NCBI GenBank assembly: GCA_965263035.1
Contig: OZ253580.1
Location: 1,152,001 to 1,216,000 of the forward strand
Length of the DNA: 64,000 nt
Direction: 5' to 3'
From: Acidobacteriota bacterium
GTDB taxonomy: Bacteria; Acidobacteriota; UBA6911; RPQK01; JAJDTT01
Part shown: positions 11,301 to 18,505 of the stretch, piece by piece
How the letters are laid out: every line of letters begins with the position of its first letter
Position numbering within the stretch: the first letter of the stretch is position 1
Notes under the pieces: generated by a model
Seen by the model: only the letters and a program-made list of their open reading frames with translations
Told to the model about the DNA's origin: nothing
The model's database searches: none
Position numbers and translations under genes: made by a program

Positions 11301-11558
11301 GCCGCTCCGAAGACGGCGATCATCGATGGCGCCAAGGGACGCTTCCGGCCCATCATCCTGACCTCAGTGACCACATTTCTCGGCTTCACGCCGCTCATTC
11401 TCGAACGGGCCATCCAGGCGCAGTTCCTGGTCCCCTTCGCCGCGTCGCTCGGGGTCCGAATCATGATTACAACCGGGATCCTGATGTTGCTCGTGCCGGC
11501 ACTTATGGCTGTCTATCTGCGTGCCAACTCGCGGCGCAGGGCAGCGGGGGCCATGTAA
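8367..11558 (+). CDS. RND efflux transporter permease, copy 2
   Basis: 1063 aa; GIIVDDAIVVAEHI, GRFRPIILTSVTT; same subfamily as 1377-4631; ATGA overlap with the MFP2 stop. Confidence 0.95.
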   Translation: MSPKGELHGEPGGPIAIMASNRVAANLLMISILAFGLVAFGALEREAWPTVPFNTIEVSVVYPGAAPEEVEESIVVKIEEQVEALPDVKAVKSIAAPGLASVRVELKTGADINEAMDEVKSAVARIPSFPGAAERPQFREMDNRTSMIRLIVFGDIPERSLKELAYQIEDDLGSLPNVSHVETTGTRNYEISIEVPLVRLRAFGLTLDDIADAVRRSSLDLSAGRIDTRVAEVRVRTIGQSYDQLDFEEIVVVARNDGTIIHLGDIAEVRDAFQDTDLIVRHQGKPAVFVEVYRAEGEQVMELAGAVHEHIANEIVPSLPHGVGITIRNDDSQTYSERADILRKNGLLGLILVFVALALFLEIRLALWVVAGLVTSGAGALAVMLALDLAINIISLFAFVLAIGIIVDDAIVVAEHIHYERMRGVPGVAAAIRGTRRIKKALTFAVLTSVAAFTPLLFIPGGIGEVWSALPVIIIGMLLISLVEALLILPSHLSHLQGPEWVPANLVDRFFSCVRHYMDRGLNGFVNGPLDRALRLATDHPAIVVAGIVGLFIVSLSLVPAGIVTTTFAPVVEGDLVTATLEMPDGTPAERTYEVAMELERAGRRVLERLDRDRPDDLPSLLSGVIVTVGQRPRVEGGGLDPTPTMNPQSNIASIEFKLLSSQQREMSTIAIMQAWRDEVGILPYVRGIAFSGEVIDLGSPVEAVLSHPDPERLLEIADSVVAGLRSVAGVFDVRSDHTPGVGEIQLALRPEARTLGLTIEDLALQARAAFFGVEALRVQRHREEVRVYARLPGDERDAITDVEGYLIRTRSGGQVPLSQVASMRMGTSPPSIRRQDGQRVVTVTADVDENVISGGEANDILENTILAQLTAAAPELTFSFGGEQQQQLESLDALNRGFMLAMFAIFGLLALSLGSYVKPFLVMAIIPFGLIGVVLGHFVLGVSISAASFMGFFGLSGVTINDSLVMIDFIDQRRREGAAPKTAIIDGAKGRFRPIILTSVTTFLGFTPLILERAIQAQFLVPFAASLGVRIMITTGILMLLVPALMAVYLRANSRRRAAGAM

Positions 11559-11574
11559 CCTGAACTTCCAGAGC

Positions 11575-11595
11575 CCGACGCTGCAGCAGCGTCGG
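11575..11595. terminator. Hairpin between the convergent RND2 and P450 genes
   Basis: CCGACGCTG-CAG-CAGCGTCGG, a perfect 9-bp stem; no clear U-tract. Confidence 0.4.
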
Positions 11596-11722
11596 TTCCG
11601 TCAGTCATTGCAGCCTGCCCTGTACTGCCGTGCGCAAGTGTGCACGCATTCTCGATGGCGTCCGTCATGACGCACTTAGAGTCATGCGGTTCCAGCCGTG
11701 GCGCTGATGCGCGCTTGCGTGC

Positions 11723-13744
11723 TCAGGCCGAGTTTCTGACTTCAGCCACGCGTAGCTTCAGCTTCTTGTCGGGGGCAGCTGTCGGGAACGGATTGATTCC
11801 GAGTTCGTAGTTTTCGGGCACCAGTTCCAGCTTCATGTGGTAAGCGATGAGCAGGAGGTTGACGACCATCTGAAGTTCCACCCACCGACTTCCCAGGCAA
11901 GTGTGCGTGCCCAGGCCATAGGGAGCGTAGGCACCCGGCGCCAGATGCTCTGCCCGACCCGGCAGGTAGCGGTCTATGTCGAATTTCAGCGGATCCTTGA
12001 ACAGATCGCCGTCGTAGTGGGACGCCGTCTGGCAAACCAACAGTCGCGTTTGAGCAGGTATTTCGAAGCCCCTGACGATGCACTGGTTCATGACCGTCCT
12101 CAGCTGCCAGGGAATCACCGGGTACAGACGCGCGGACTCCATGCAGAGGCGGTGGGTGACGTCGATGCTGTGTTGGGTAAAGTCCCCCGCTTCCGGTTCA
12201 CGCCCGTTACCGAAGAACGACCCGGCTTCTTGCCGGACCTTCGCGTATAGATCCGGGTGGCGAACCATGGAATAGACTGCGAAGCCAAGCCCGCTGCCGA
12301 GATAGAGGCTGGCGATCATTGACGCGACGAAGGGGAAGACGAGGTCCGTTTCCGGAAGGAACTGCGGATCGTTGTGATGGAGTCCGAGGATTGCGTCGGC
12401 AAGATCCGGCGGCTGACCCTTCCTCTGCGCCGGCGTGTGGGATGCTTGAATCGACTCCTGGAGTTCACGGATACGCTTGCCGTAACGCTTCATCTTGGGC
12501 GTTGACATCATGAATTTCGGCAACGCGCCCTGAACGTGCGTCACCAGCGCACGATGTTCAAATTCCAGGAGTTCGTCGACGTAGTGACTGCAATCCACTC
12601 CTATCATCAGATGCGAGATCTGACTGCTGACGTGGGTCTGGAACGTCCCGGTCGCACGGAAAACGTCGCCTTCATTCCATAGCCTGAGCGATCGCCTGCA
12701 GTGGTGGATCAACTCTGGTAGCCGTCGCGCAAGCGTGGTTCGGGAATAGGCACTCTGTAGCGACTTGCGCATCTTGTAGTGTTCGGCGCCATCCATGCCC
12801 GGCAGGGTTCGGGATGCGCCGAACGCGTGTTCGAGATCCTGGATGTAGTCCTTCGACCGAAGGTAGAACCGCCCTTTCTTGTTGACCCACCGATTGGTCT
12901 CCGGCCCGATCAAGGCAACAACAGTTGCCTTGTCCATTTTGAAGGGAAGCTCGACGACCGGCCCGTACTTCCGGAAGATGTCGTACATCGCCTTTGGAAT
13001 GTTGCACGTGCGGAAGTCACGCTGTCGCAGGATGTCGAAGATCCGGAGCCTTGGGATGGGCTTGGTTCGAAGAACACGGCGGGTTCTCGGTGTGGCGGTG
13101 CTCTCCCTCACCGCGCTGGCAACCGATCGCCCTACCAGATCCAGCTTGGCGATCGTCTCGATCCGCTCGAGCTTCTCCTCATATTCCTCTGGCGGAAGCA
13201 GCAGCTTGAAACCGTCGCATGTATGCATCAAGGCAACGAGGATGGCGTCTCTCGGGTCCGGAATGAAATCGTTCAAGATGACGCTCAGGACTCTTGCCTT
13301 GGCTTCCTGGCGGGTCCTTTCGTCGGAGATCGGATAGTGTCCGGAACGTGAAACGGAGCGCGAGAGCGTCCAGAATCCGCCGCTCTCGTAGTCGAGGATC
13401 CCCCTCTCCACCAGGCGATCGAGTGTGGCCGAGACGATTTCTTCGGAACGGGCCGTGTTCCGTTCGATCCAGTACTGCGAATCCCGGGTCTCCCGGGATT
13501 CGGCGATTTCGTTGAGCGTGGGGTCGAGCAGGTCGTCTCCGGTTGGACTGGGATCAACCAGATACAACGCGTCCAAATCGGTGTCGATTCGATCCTCCAG
13601 CGCAAGGTCGGCGATTACAGCTCCCGCCATGACGCAGGAGAAATTCCAGCCTGGAACCATTTCCAGATAGCCGGTCCGTTCGTTGAGCATCAGGAGGATC
13701 AGCTCTTCGGCAAGGCGTATCGGGAACTCGGGGATCCTTCTCAT
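11723..13744 (-). CDS. GPP34 (GOLPH3-like) domain-cytochrome P450 fusion protein
   Basis: The N-terminal ~215 aa look like GPP34 (LAEELILLML...GAVIADLALEDRID...TGDDLLDPTL...LVERGIL). The C-terminal P450 has ESARLYP (ExxR), FDIDRY (PERF-equivalent) and the heme loop YGLGTHTCLG. Confidence 0.85.
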   Translation of the reverse strand: MRRIPEFPIRLAEELILLMLNERTGYLEMVPGWNFSCVMAGAVIADLALEDRIDTDLDALYLVDPSPTGDDLLDPTLNEIAESRETRDSQYWIERNTARSEEIVSATLDRLVERGILDYESGGFWTLSRSVSRSGHYPISDERTRQEAKARVLSVILNDFIPDPRDAILVALMHTCDGFKLLLPPEEYEEKLERIETIAKLDLVGRSVASAVRESTATPRTRRVLRTKPIPRLRIFDILRQRDFRTCNIPKAMYDIFRKYGPVVELPFKMDKATVVALIGPETNRWVNKKGRFYLRSKDYIQDLEHAFGASRTLPGMDGAEHYKMRKSLQSAYSRTTLARRLPELIHHCRRSLRLWNEGDVFRATGTFQTHVSSQISHLMIGVDCSHYVDELLEFEHRALVTHVQGALPKFMMSTPKMKRYGKRIRELQESIQASHTPAQRKGQPPDLADAILGLHHNDPQFLPETDLVFPFVASMIASLYLGSGLGFAVYSMVRHPDLYAKVRQEAGSFFGNGREPEAGDFTQHSIDVTHRLCMESARLYPVIPWQLRTVMNQCIVRGFEIPAQTRLLVCQTASHYDGDLFKDPLKFDIDRYLPGRAEHLAPGAYAPYGLGTHTCLGSRWVELQMVVNLLLIAYHMKLELVPENYELGINPFPTAAPDKKLKLRVAEVRNSA

Positions 13745-13963
13745 AAATCTCCAGTCCGGATTGGACGGCTCAAGGCCTGGGCCTTCGCCGGGAGCCGGTC
13801 AGCCGGACGCGCTGCTCATAAAGCCTTGCAGCACAAACGTCATTGCCCCCGTCCGACCAAGCGCCAGCCATCGGGAGACGGGGCCAGCGAGCGGGCGGAT
13901 GGCTCCGTTTCCCTCTATATAGCATACTCCTAGCCGAATTTGAGGATGGCGTCGTCCAGCAGG

Positions 13964-14008
13964 GGGAAGCGGGCCGTCTTCGACTACATCGAGGGGTTCT
14001 ACAACCGG
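13964..14008 (+). mobile_element. IS3-family transposase C-terminal remnant
   Basis: Reads GKRAVFDYIEGFYNR, matching the IS3 OrfB 'xIFxYIExFYNxxR' motif. It abuts the right-hand repeat. Only ~45 bp remain. Confidence 0.55.
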
Positions 14009-14275
14009 ATCCCCGAGAACGAAGCGAGCAACGCCGATCAGGATCAGGGCCCTCAGCCAGTTGGCCACGATACCGGATGATGCGGCCCGATCATGGTGAC
14101 TTCAGGGGTTGGAATCCTCCTGAATTTGGACCTTCATCCCGTCGATGACCGTGGCCAGGGTGGCCAGCGAAACCAGTTCTCCCTCTTCCAGACCCGAATC
14201 GATGATGACCTGTTCCCGCTCCAGCCGCACGACGTTCACATGGCGGAAACGGAGCCTGGACTCCGAGTCCACGAC
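14006..14275 (-). repeat. Right copy of the decayed direct repeat: intact MFP 3' end followed by a degenerate RND 5' end (14006-14094)
   Basis: After the MFP stop comes GTCACCATGA, as before RND1, then a frameshifted GIVANWLRALILIGV. This aligns with RND1 GVVANLLMVVILVGG at DNA and protein level. Confidence 0.8.
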
Positions 14276-15277
14276 CAACACCTGATCTTCCCCCCGAAGT
14301 GCCGCCCGGGGCAAGGTAACGACATTCTCCAGCCGGCGGCCCTGGATTTCGGCTTCCACGAACATGCCCACGGCGAGGGGAGGACGGTCCGGATCCGGAC
14401 CCCGGCCATAGGGGTCAGCCACCTGAGCGATGGCGTGGATCATCCGGGTCTGAGGATCGATGGTCCCATCCGTTCGCACGATCCTCCCGTTCCATGAATG
14501 CTTCCGCTGGCCGAACTCGGCCCGCAGGAGAACGACGGGATGGCGTTTCTCCGACCCGTCGCCGCGATAGCCGAGGGGCAGGTCCACATAGGCCAACTCC
14601 TCGTCGGGTAGCGGCAGCCGGATCTCGGCATGGTCCACGGCATAGATCGTGGCCACCGGAGTCCCCGGGGTCACGTATTGGCCGATGTCCACGTTTTTTC
14701 GAAGGACCCGCCCCGCGAACGGAGCGGCGATCCTGGTCTTCTCCAGATTTCGCCTGGCCTGGGCCAAAGCGGCCTGAGCCGAAGAAAGCGCGGCCTTGGC
14801 CCGAGCGATCTGGGGCACTCGTCGCAACAGGGGGAGGGCCTCCCCTTCTCCCAGACTCTCCCATTCTTTGCGGGCGACCTCGGCCTGGGCCTCTTCGGTC
14901 TCCAAAGACAGTTGAGCCTGCGCGATCTGAGACTCGGCCTGAACCACCTGCAGGTGGTAGTCCGTGGCGTCGATCCTGAGGAGTTGACCTCCCGCCTCGA
15001 AGAACCCCCCGTCCGCGAGAGAGGGGGAGACTTCCAGGACCCGTCCCGCGATCTCGGGAAACAAAGTGGTCTGGGTTCGGGGAGCCACAGTCCCCTGGGA
15101 CATGACCTTCAGCCGGAGTGTCTGAAGCTGCACGGGAACGACCCGGATCACCGGAACCGGAATCTCCGGAGGCCGGGTCTCGACCACGGGGCGGTCGTTG
15201 AATATCTTCCAGGCCCACGTCGAGGCAACGGCCAAAGTCGCCATGGGCAGCAGAACCTTCAGCAGAAGCTTGATCAA
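14102..15277 (-). CDS. RND membrane fusion protein (MFP) copy 1
   Basis: 391 aa; N-terminal TM, EIAGRVLEV, KTRIAAPFAGRV, PLAVGMFVEAEIQG. Confidence 0.93.
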   Translation of the reverse strand: MIKLLLKVLLPMATLAVASTWAWKIFNDRPVVETRPPEIPVPVIRVVPVQLQTLRLKVMSQGTVAPRTQTTLFPEIAGRVLEVSPSLADGGFFEAGGQLLRIDATDYHLQVVQAESQIAQAQLSLETEEAQAEVARKEWESLGEGEALPLLRRVPQIARAKAALSSAQAALAQARRNLEKTRIAAPFAGRVLRKNVDIGQYVTPGTPVATIYAVDHAEIRLPLPDEELAYVDLPLGYRGDGSEKRHPVVLLRAEFGQRKHSWNGRIVRTDGTIDPQTRMIHAIAQVADPYGRGPDPDRPPLAVGMFVEAEIQGRRLENVVTLPRAALRGEDQVLVVDSESRLRFRHVNVVRLEREQVIIDSGLEEGELVSLATLATVIDGMKVQIQEDSNP

Positions 15278-16740
15278 TTGCCGTTCTCTCCGGTGAGAGT
15301 CACCGGGAGAAGTGCTCCCGGGGCACCCGGCGGGGCGCCCGGCTCGAAGCCGCCTCCCAGCGCCAAGTGGAGATCGATCCGGTTTTCCAGCAAGAGGCGC
15401 TGCAGGGTCAGGATCTGACTCTTGGAGTTGAGGATCCGACGATCCGTCTGCAACACCACCAGCATATCCCCCAGGCCATGGCGATAGCGAAACTGGGCCT
15501 GGTCCCGGGCCGTCTCGGCTTCCACGACTGATTCTTCCAGTTCACGCAGCCGATCTCGCAAGAAACTTTCAACCGAAAGGGCCGTCTCAACCTCGCCGAA
15601 GGCCTGCAGGACTGCACCAGCGTAGGTCTCCAGGATTTCCTGGGACCGGCCTTGGGCAATGTCGACCTGACGCTTGAGGCGTCCTCCCTGAAAGAGGGGC
15701 TGGACCAGGTTGCCCAGCAGGCTCCAGACGGCGTAGTCCCCATTCACCAGGCTCAACAGACCTTTGGTGGCCGTTCCACCGGCCGTGGTGAGGCTCAGTC
15801 GAGGGTGAAGGGCCGATTGAGCCTGGACGATTCCGACATCGGAGGCCAGCAGACGCCGCTGCGCCGCGATGAGATCGGGTCGGCGCGTCAGGAGCTGGGA
15901 GGGGACGCCGGCCGGAACGCCGGAGGAAACCTGGGGAAGGCTCTCCCGAACTTGCAGCTCCCCGTAGGGATAGCGTCCGACCAGGAGTTCGACTTGGCGA
16001 TTCCCGCGGTCCAATTGCTCGCGGCGAAGATGGACGGCGGATTCAGCGGCAGAAATGTCTGCCTGGACCAGACTGATTTCCACGGCCTGCCCCAGACCCG
16101 CCTCAAAGCGATTTCTGAGCCACTGGGAGGTCGCCTCATAACTGGCCACCGTCTCCCGGGCCAGGGCCAACTGAAGATTTGCCTCCGAGCAGACAAACCA
16201 CGCCTTGGCCGTCTGGCCCGCCAACGAATGCCTCGCCGCAGCAAGATCCGCTGCATGCGCGGAGGCGAGAGCACCGGCTTGAATCTCGCCGCTACGGATT
16301 CTCCCCCAGAGGTCCGCCTCCCAGTTGACGTCCAGGGAGGCACCGAGGTTGGTAAACGTTGCCCGCGGCACCCGGCCCTCGAAACCGGGTATGGGAAAAC
16401 CGATAAAGTTTTGCCGCTGACGGCGGCCGTTCAAGCTGAGTCCGAGCGACGGAATCCGGTCGGCACCGGCAATCTGGGCTTCGATCAGGGCCGTCTCCAA
16501 GCGGGCGGCGACGGCCCGAAGTTGAGGATTGTGGCGGAGCGTTTCCTCGATCAACGCATCCAATTGCGGATCCTGAAACTGTTTCCACCAATGGACATCG
16601 ACCGTTCCCTCCGCCGCCGTTCCCGAATTCCACGCCTCTGGAATCGGCAGGCTCGGCTGCCGTTCGGGTGGGACCGCGGTCCGGACGCATCCGGCTCCCG
16701 GAAGGAGCATGGCCAGAAAAAGAAGGTGCGTGGATCTCAT
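15274..16740 (-). CDS. Outer membrane efflux lipoprotein (NodT/OprM/TolC family)
   Basis: Lipobox GAGC, WEADLWGRIR, PSQLLTRRPDL, LHLALGGG. Confidence 0.95.
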   Translation of the reverse strand: MRSTHLLFLAMLLPGAGCVRTAVPPERQPSLPIPEAWNSGTAAEGTVDVHWWKQFQDPQLDALIEETLRHNPQLRAVAARLETALIEAQIAGADRIPSLGLSLNGRRQRQNFIGFPIPGFEGRVPRATFTNLGASLDVNWEADLWGRIRSGEIQAGALASAHAADLAAARHSLAGQTAKAWFVCSEANLQLALARETVASYEATSQWLRNRFEAGLGQAVEISLVQADISAAESAVHLRREQLDRGNRQVELLVGRYPYGELQVRESLPQVSSGVPAGVPSQLLTRRPDLIAAQRRLLASDVGIVQAQSALHPRLSLTTAGGTATKGLLSLVNGDYAVWSLLGNLVQPLFQGGRLKRQVDIAQGRSQEILETYAGAVLQAFGEVETALSVESFLRDRLRELEESVVEAETARDQAQFRYRHGLGDMLVVLQTDRRILNSKSQILTLQRLLLENRIDLHLALGGGFEPGAPPGAPGALLPVTLTGENGN

Positions 16741-17402
16741 CCGTAATTTTCCTGTGATGGAATCGGAGTCCGAAACCCGGCTGCCAGAAAACTGACAAGA
16801 CGAGCGACCACCTCGTCCACCTGGGACGGTTCCGGGACATCCAAGAAGAGGTTCTCCAGGTTTTCCAGATTCTTCCAGTCCGCGATCACGTGAAGCGTGT
16901 GGGACATGGCGCCCACCATGAAATGAAACCTCCAGAAAGCTTCTTCTCTGGGCAAATCGGGGAGCCTTGGGCTCAGGGCTCCGGAGAAACGCTCGATGAC
17001 CTCGGCGAACTGTCCATAGATCATCTCCCGAATCGCTTCGTCAGGAGAGTTGAAAGCCCGGGAGAGAAGCTGCATGAAGCGCATGCTCCCTCTCTCGGGA
17101 TCCCGGATCAGCTGTACCGGCGGTCGGATGAACGCCTCCAAGATCTTCTCCAGGGAGGGCACGGCCCCATCGGCGTCAACCTGACACTGGTCCAAGAGCG
17201 TCAGGCGCTGCCGGTTGAGAGGAGACAGACGCAGGGCGAAGAGCTCCTGAATGAGTCGATCCTTGGAGCCGAAGTGATAGTGCATGGCGGCCAGATTCAC
17301 ATTGGCCCGCGAGGTGATCATGCGAACCGAGGTCGCGGAAAATCCCCGAGCTGCGAAGAGTCCTTCCGCCGCCGCCAGGATCCTGGTTCTGGTGTCCTGC
17401 AT
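16737..17402 (-). CDS. TetR-family regulator, PsrA-like
   Basis: TRTRILAAAEGLFAARGFSATSVRMITSRANVNLAAMHYHFGSK HTH; C-terminal AFWRFHFMVGAM. ATG at 17402. Confidence 0.9.
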   Translation of the reverse strand: MQDTRTRILAAAEGLFAARGFSATSVRMITSRANVNLAAMHYHFGSKDRLIQELFALRLSPLNRQRLTLLDQCQVDADGAVPSLEKILEAFIRPPVQLIRDPERGSMRFMQLLSRAFNSPDEAIREMIYGQFAEVIERFSGALSPRLPDLPREEAFWRFHFMVGAMSHTLHVIADWKNLENLENLFLDVPEPSQVDEVVARLVSFLAAGFRTPIPSQENYG

Positions 17403-17414
17403 GATCCCCGAATA

Positions 17415-17469
17415 AAACAACCGTTTAAAACGTACGATCGTTCTACAAAAATTTCGTCCCGACTGTCAA
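17415..17469 (-). promoter_or_regulatory. Sigma70 promoter of the tetR-omf-mfp operon with a PsrA-type operator
   Basis: TTGACA (17469-17464), 18-bp spacer, TAGAAC. The palindrome AAAC-N4-GTTT at 17415-17426 lies between the -10 and the ATG and matches the PsrA box core. Confidence 0.65.
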
Positions 17470-17479
17470 ATGCTGCCAA

Positions 17480-17646
17480 CTAGGAGGCTGCGCTGTAGAA
17501 ATGATCGTAGCGAGAAAGTGGGGAATCGAGGCCGGATTTTCTCGATTTGGAGGTGCATAGTTGTTCTATTCGCCGAGAAATCGAGGAAATATGGACCGAT
17601 TCTACCGCTTTCGCAGTAGGTCAATTTCTGCGGCGCAGGCTCCTAG
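17480..17646. mobile_element. MITE family A, copy 2 (167 bp)
   Basis: CTAGGAGGCTGCGC...GCGCAGGCTCCTAG; direct repeat of 6517-6683. Confidence 0.9.
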
Positions 17647-17799
17647 GTGCTTCGATCCTTTCAGACGCACAGAATTTCCGCTGGAGACGAGAAGGTGATC
17701 GTTTCGTGGCGGAAAACACTCGGCGCGGTTGGTGGCCTTCTGACCGGTCCGAGTCCGCCATTCGACGGGGCGGAGACGTGGCGCAAGGGCGCCCGGACA

Positions 17800-18066
17800 C
17801 TACCTCCGGTGGATCGTCAGCTGGTCGAGCAGGAAATCTTCCAGACGTTCATCGTCGCCGCCCAAGGCCTGGACCTGTTCCCAGGACAATTTCAGGCGAA
17901 AGCTCTTCACCCGAAGATGACTGATCTCGACTGAGAGACCACCGTCACCCGAAATGACCTCGACCCGGGCATCCGACCCCAGATGGAAGAGAACGAAATT
18001 GTCCAACTCGTCCAGGAATCTGCACTTTGCCGTTTCCCGGGCGTCTCCTCCGCGAGCTTCGATCAG
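17800..18066 (-). CDS. Small hypothetical protein, start uncertain
   Basis: Protein-like C-terminal part of ORF 17800-18429 (KCRFLDELDNFVLFHLG...LEDFLLDQLTIHRR). AGGAG lies 7 nt before an in-frame CTG, but there is no nearby ATG/GTG. Confidence 0.35.
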   Translation of the reverse strand: MIEARGGDARETAKCRFLDELDNFVLFHLGSDARVEVISGDGGLSVEISHLRVKSFRLKLSWEQVQALGGDDERLEDFLLDQLTIHRR

Positions 18067-18368
18067 TCGGGTGCTCCTACTCCGGGAAGGATCTCGCCGG
18101 TCGGAGACACCGGAAAGGCCACCAGGTTCTCCCGCTCCTGCGAGAAGTTCTTGTCGTAGTAGAGGCGGCGGCCCAGGGAGATGGTCCCGGCCGTCGGCGG
18201 ATTGTCTGCGGATACGTGAACGGGGGGTAACCCCAGAGGCGCCTGGATCTGGATGGGTTCGCCGATGGGCATGGTGCCGGTAGCCTGCCCGGTAGGGGTT
18301 ACCGTATAGCCGCCCGACAGCAGCAGGCAGGCGACAAAGGCCAAAGCGGTGAGATAACGGAAATTCAT
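18063..18368 (-). pseudogene. Truncated di-heme cytochrome c peroxidase (CcpA/MauG family), N-terminal fragment
   Basis: Signal peptide then PLGLPPVHVSADNPPTAGTISLGRRLYYDKNFS. Similarity ends just before the expected CxxCH. Confidence 0.75.
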
Positions 18369-18505
18369 CACGGACCAATCTCCTCCAGAAAAACCAGTGA
18401 GCGCCATCCGCGGCGGCTCGACCATTCATACGACCCCGGATATCAGATGTTTCATCTGGATTTCCGGTGTCATCAAGTGAGACGGGGCCGGGAACCGGCG
18501 GCGGA

